DNA of 55,579 nucleotides, counting the filler, from Catajapyx aquilonaris (lineage: Eukaryota), in the NCBI GenBank assembly GCA_000934665.2. It is 4 parts of 4 records of this genome, joined end to end, with 100 filler letters (N's around TTAATTAATTAA, not from the genome) between each part and the next. Parts side by side here need not be neighbours in the genome. Positions count along the whole stretch, not along the records: positions 41,757 to 55,579 come from KZ539758.1; 3 more parts are not named here. The stretch is one strand, 5' to 3'. This document shows, in pieces, positions 50,598-55,579 of the stretch. A program made the translations under genes and the position numbers. The notes under the pieces are model-generated. The model was not told the DNA's origin. It saw nothing but the letters and a program-made list of their open reading frames with translations, and did not search any database. Each line of letters starts with the position of its first letter. Position 1 is the first letter of the stretch.

Positions 50598-50720
50598 CCT
50601 CCTGAGACCTGATGCCCAATATATTGGACATCAGCAAAAAAGAAAAAAGGCGTCAATTTCAGCTGATGCCCTTTTTTTTTGTTGATGTCCAGTATATTGG
50701 ACATCAGGTCTTATAGGAGG
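50598..50720. mobile_element. Short palindromic member of the ATAT-flanked family
   Basis: ATAT|CCTCCTGAGACCTGATG...CATCAGGTCTTATAGGAGG|ATAT. Confidence 0.75.
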
Positions 50721-51290
50721 ATATACTTCATGCTTGATATGGAATATGCAAATTTTAAAGCTTTTCAGGCCTTGTCAATATAACCGAAAATGGAAAAATA
50801 TCTGAAACTGCTGCCCGAATTTAGTAAATCTTTAGACCAAGAGCAACATTTTAAATAATACAGGTAATAATAAAAGATAATTTAGGAAATAATAAAATAA
50901 ACATAATATTTTTGTCGTTTTAGTACACGCTATATAGTATCATTAATAAGATATGAATTTAATAATGTTTTCTTTCTTCTTTTCGTTCTGCATCTAATAG
51001 GCGCTCCTCAAGTGCTTCCTACCCACTACCATACACAGATTTTTAGTTCAAGTCACTGTTCCATGATGCTATGGGGCTGTTTACACACACAGTAAGTAGT
51101 TATATACTCACAATACTGTATATCATGAGAGGCATTTGTTTTTTTCTGAAACAATATACTACGATTTGGCTACACTCTGCTTGTCACTATAGATACGACA
51201 GTTTGGGTAAATCGTTCCATGGCCTGCGGGGGGTCAGCACGCTGGACGATTACCTCCTAGCAAAATTCATCTTACGTGAAGATTTAGAGG

Positions 51291-54200
51291 ATGAGGCTAG
51301 TGATTTGGCTTTTATTGGTTTCATTTGTGGTCTACTGCAACTCCCACCTACCAGGCGAAGAGCTTACATCGGATTTATTTCGCGACGATCTGATCCCCTA
51401 CCTCAGTGACTACGTTCTGCTGACAACCACCATAGAAAAGGACGACCGAAGCCCCAGAGAAACTCCATCTCACGAAACACGCAAGTGCATGAAACTTAGT
51501 GTCAGAACGAAGTGTGCCAAATACAAGTTGTGCCTTCGGCCTGCAAGCGTCACCAGAGCTCACATGTTCACTCTCGACGGTAGGTCTGACAATATTTATT
51601 GCTAACTTTGTTATGTTGTAGGTCAACCAAATAATGCTATAATAAACCTAGAGCAGGGCTATTCAACTGGCGGACCGAGGTCCGGATCCGGACCGCGACG
51701 CAATTTTGTCCGGACCGCGACAATATACAGGACAGTTTGAAATAGCATTAGAAATTACTAATTCCTGATTTTTTGAAAAAAGTGCTACCAATTTCATCAA
51801 ATACACACCCATCCAAATCTCCCACATCTCACCTAAGCTCGTGTGACCTTGAACCCCCCCAAAAATTTACGTTCCCGGCCCTCTACGGCTTGTTCACCTT
51901 GTGCTTACGAAATGGGCCCCCCTCCGAAATTCTTCTGCCTACGTGCCTGTCCAGGACATCATAAAGGGCGAAAATGTCTTCATATGCCCTGTCTTGATAG
52001 GCCCTTCTATCCTTGCTGCACATATTTATATACTAGATGCGGCACCCGGCGTTGCCCGGGAAGAAATGAATGAAGGGGAAACACCTGCCAGTAGCCCCGT
52101 CAAAATTTTCACGAACAGAGAGCCGCCATGAGAGCTTTCCCAGCCGTTTTGGACTTGGCAAAAAGTCGACTTTTGCACGTGCCACCTTGTCCATCTGCTC
52201 CTCATTAAGCCGCCTGGGAACAATAGCATCTCTCCGGCGCTCCCTCCCCCCCCCCCCCNNNNNNNNNNNNNNNNNNNNNNNNNNNNNNNNNNNNNNNNNN
52301 NNNNNNNNNNNNNNNNNNNNNNNNNNNNNNNNNNNNNNNNNNNNNNNNNNNNNNNNNNNNNNNNNNNNNNNNNNNNNNNNNNNNNNNNNNNNNNNNNNNN
52401 NNNNNNNNNNNNNNNNNNNNNNNNNNNNNNNNNNNNNNNNNNNNNNNNNNNNNNNNNNNNNNNNNNNNNNNNNNNNNNNNNNNNNNNNNNNNNNNNNNNN
52501 NNNNNNNNNNNNNNGGGGGGGGGGGGGGGTCCGGACCTTCAGTGGCCCAGGAGAGGTCAATGCTGGAACTTGTCAGAAACCAGTTGAATACCCCTGACCT
52601 ATAGAGAGACCATGGTCCCCGCCTACATGGTTGCCTCCCCCACCCTAGCCAGGGTATTGTCTCCACGTAGTCCTTATGGGGCGGCCATATTGGAGCTAGA
52701 TTGCATGCTGCAGGATAGGAAATTGGCAAGCGCCAAATTTTTTTTGTCAAGGACATTTTTTCACTGCATGCAGATCCAATGTGAATTAGCTCCAATATGT
52801 CGGAGAGACAATACCCTGTCTAGGTGGGGGAGGCACTCATGGAGGTTACCCTGAGAGAGACGACTCATCGGAGTGAAAATAATGTGAAGCAGGCGTCCCC
52901 CATCTTTACTTGGGTCATGTTGTATCTTGACATTATTGGACTTAATTGTTTCCCAGTTGCTAGATAACATACTGTCATTATTGGACTAAATAAATTGTTG
53001 TCTAATCAGTTGCTAGACAACTTTCAGAATGTTTAGACCCAAGTAGACGGTGGATGTCAAAGCCGTACAGAGTAGAAAGTCTCTCTAGATTGATCTGTAA
53101 ATCCTAAGTTATTACAGCAGAAAATTCTTGAGGTCAACAAAATATGTTACTAAGGTGTCACTAATGTGTCAATTTCAGGGAAAGTGTATGTCCACGGTAA
53201 AACAATGAACTCCACAGTTACTTACGACCTTCGTAAGTTCAGCGACAGTTTGGTAGAAGGTTTTGCTGAAGATCATGTTGACTCTAGCGTCAGTGGTTAC
53301 ATTCATGAGGAGAGATTCTATGGCAGGATCTACGCTGATGGTGAATCCTACATCATAGAGCCTCTGGGCACATTCTACCATGTGCAGGGTCGCCTGCCTA
53401 CCTCCGAGACTCCTCCACCCAATGCTATCCTGTACCGAGAGGTACTGTATATAAACACTAATCTTATATGATTATATTAATGTTTTTTTAGGTTACATGC
53501 GAGACTTATGACATTTGCTTGTTCAAAGGTGGACATGTTGGTACCTCCAGACTATTATCGCACTGCTATCGATTATATTGACAACAAGTCGTCCAAGAAG
53601 AAGCCTCCGGTTTCGGAATACAACAAAGATGCCAACACATTAGTGTCAGACACTTTCAGGTCTCCATCTAGGTTCACAGATGCCATGTTCGGACCATCCA
53701 ATGTGTTCTTCCACAAACGGTGGGCAAGTGAATGCATATAAATGTCATACATGCCTACTAATGTTCCTAAATATTTACAGAAACTACGCCCTAATATGCT
53801 CTCTGGCCATCGTGGCCGATGAGCGATTTTTCAATCGCGTTGGGCGTAACGACACTCTCCTCACTATCAAAATTATGGCTTATTTGATCAAGGAAGCAGA
53901 TTATCACTTCAGGGCCATGGACTTCAATGGTGATGGTCGCCCTGACAACATTGGTTTCAAAATCAGCGAGGTAGGGTAACATTCTAATAATTAACATCTA
54001 GGAAATAAATCTTGACACTAAATAATAATCCATATTATGCTCCTGTACAGATGCGACTGTACACCAACCCGGACAATCCTATGAACTTTCTGAGGGGAGA
54101 ACACACCTTGGCCGATGACTACTTGTGGGAACTTGCTAGATACGACTTTGACCACGTGTGCCTGGCAATAGGTTTCACTCATCGTGTGTTCACCAACCAA

Positions 54201-55093
54201 GTGCAAGGTAAAAGTGCTCATATGATCCCGCTTTATCCCGATAATTTCCAGCATTCTATTTCGTAGGCAAGGCATGGGTAGCCACATCTCCTCCGGACTA
54301 CCGCCTGGGCGGAATCTGCCAAAAGCGAAGCCCGATCTACGGATCAAAAGACGTGTTGAACCTGAACACCGTAGCCGTCAGCTTGAGTAACAGCTATCTG
54401 AAGCTGATACCAACTCCGATGGCCGTCACGGTACTCCTGCACGAACTAGGACATTCCTTTGGTTCTGCCCATGACGACAGCCGGGTATGTGAGACAACTT
54501 TACCATAACAACCAACCAACAATATATTACAACCATTGACAACCAACAATTTAACCATAACCATAACCATAACCATAACAATTGCAATATTTCCATTTTT
54601 TAAAATGCAGAACATTACCTGCCACCCTGGAAAAGAGAGCGCACTGGGAAACTACATAATGGCTCCCACTTCTAACGATGGCCGAACCTACAACAACTGG
54701 GTGTACTCCCCCTGCAGTGTGAGGGCAATCTCCCGTGTTCTGGAGACCAAGAGCAGCTGCTTCATCCCTTCCTTTGACCCTTACTGCGGAAATGGAATGG
54801 TGGAACCCGGAGAAGAGTGTGACTGCGGCACCAGGATGAAGTGTGAGCATAAGCAGAAGTGCTGCGGAACTCCTTTCAGTCCCTTCGCTTGCCGTTTCCG
54901 GAGGGACATCCTAGACTGTCCAATGGAAGAGCCCAGGATGACCCCACCAGATGTGGATAAGGATCAGCAGAAGGTGAACAATGGCGCAGCTAAGAGGGCT
55001 GCAAAGAAGCCATCGTACCGTCTCCTGCTGGTCATCGGCGCATTCATGGCACAGGACATTGTCCAGGCCATCTACAGCGCCCTTTTTGTGTGA
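51291..55093 (+). CDS. ADAM10-like: ADAM10/kuzbanian-like zinc metalloprotease, divergent and C-terminally short (~596 aa). Exons 51291-51579, 53179-53441, 53529-53719, 53781-53970, 54051-54207, 54267-54484, 54611-55093
   Basis: Signal peptide MRLVIWLLLVSFVVYCNS; prodomain (FYGRI...YIIEP); CSLAIVADERFF; GGIC; HELGHSFGSAHD zinc motif; GNYIM Met-turn; CGNGMVEPGEECDCG. Exon phases sum to 1791 nt; AATAAA at 55138. Confidence 0.88.
51654..52596. mobile_element. hAT (Charlie-like) element in the first coding-region intron of the ADAM gene
   Basis: TIR CAGGGCTATTCAACTGG / CCAGTTGAATACCCCTG; TSD ACCTAGAG / ACCTATAG. Confidence 0.8.
52033..52258 (-). mobile_element. Helitron-like 3' end nested in the hAT element
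   Basis: Minus-strand hairpin CCCGGGCAACGCCGGG shortly before CTAG|T. Confidence 0.55.
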
Positions 55094-55289
55094 GGACGTA
55101 ACCGAACACTTGACCCTTGACCCCGAACCCTTGACCCAATAAAAATCATATAATATCTGGATGTATGTTTTTTTTTCTGTATGGCGGGAAGGATGGCCAA
55201 GCTGTCCTTGATAAATGCATATACTGTATAGAAGTAACTTAAATAGTTTTTATGAATTTATGATTAGATGTATGAGGGTATTTCATGTA

Positions 55290-55354
55290 TGAGGGTAGCG
55301 AGGACCTCCTCGTAATTCGCTGGCACCCCATTTATGGGAAAAACCGTGATGAAT

Positions 55355-55388
<34 letters not shown>
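55290..55388 (+). repeat. (GAT)n tract, probably the 3' tail of an RTE-type retroposon
   Basis: CCCATTTATGGGAAAAA stem followed by (GAT)n. Confidence 0.5.
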
Positions 55389-55407
<19 letters not shown>

Positions 55408-55579
55408 AAGATGAGAAAGAGGTTTTTTTTCCTTTAAAAAGGGTCCTCTAATCCAGACTTGTCGATTATTGGAGTATATACGTACACTCTTAGCCCGGTC
55501 ACCTTTATTAAAGGTGACGAAACTGCCTGTTTTGTCACCTTTATTTTAGAAGGGTACATGGCACCTTTAAAACAAAAGG

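Noticed and set aside
53492..53581. Alternative ADAM exon 3 acceptor TTTTTAG at 53491
   Set aside because: It puts the exon out of frame with a stop at ~53581; the AAG acceptor at 53528 keeps the ORF.

Overview
Eukaryotic (invertebrate, probably arthropod) genomic scaffold rich in transposable elements. Three artificial 100-nt spacers (N44-TTAATTAATTAA-N44) join its contigs, so adjacency across them is uncertain. Two host genes are recognisable: two internal exons of CTU1 (tRNA 2-thiolation, 32954-33411, +) and a complete 7-coding-exon, divergent ADAM10/kuzbanian-like metalloprotease (51291-55093, +). The ADAM protein stops early in the disintegrin domain and ends in a GPI-signal-like hydrophobic tail. 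Positions ~0.9-22 kb are a field of very old, fragmented TE relics (LINE RT, several RLE/R2-like pieces, Sola1-, Transib-, Crypton- and P-like fragments), almost all on the + strand, ending at a promoter-like segment (~22.4-22.8 kb). Positions ~26.8-52.6 kb hold younger, well-defined elements: Tc1/mariner, hAT, Academ and intron-containing MULE transposase pseudogenes, many MITEs and foldbacks with TSDs, a 4-layer nested insertion, and three tRNA-head SINE families that share one 3' stem-loop tail. All family assignments come from motif recognition by eye; no database searches were run.
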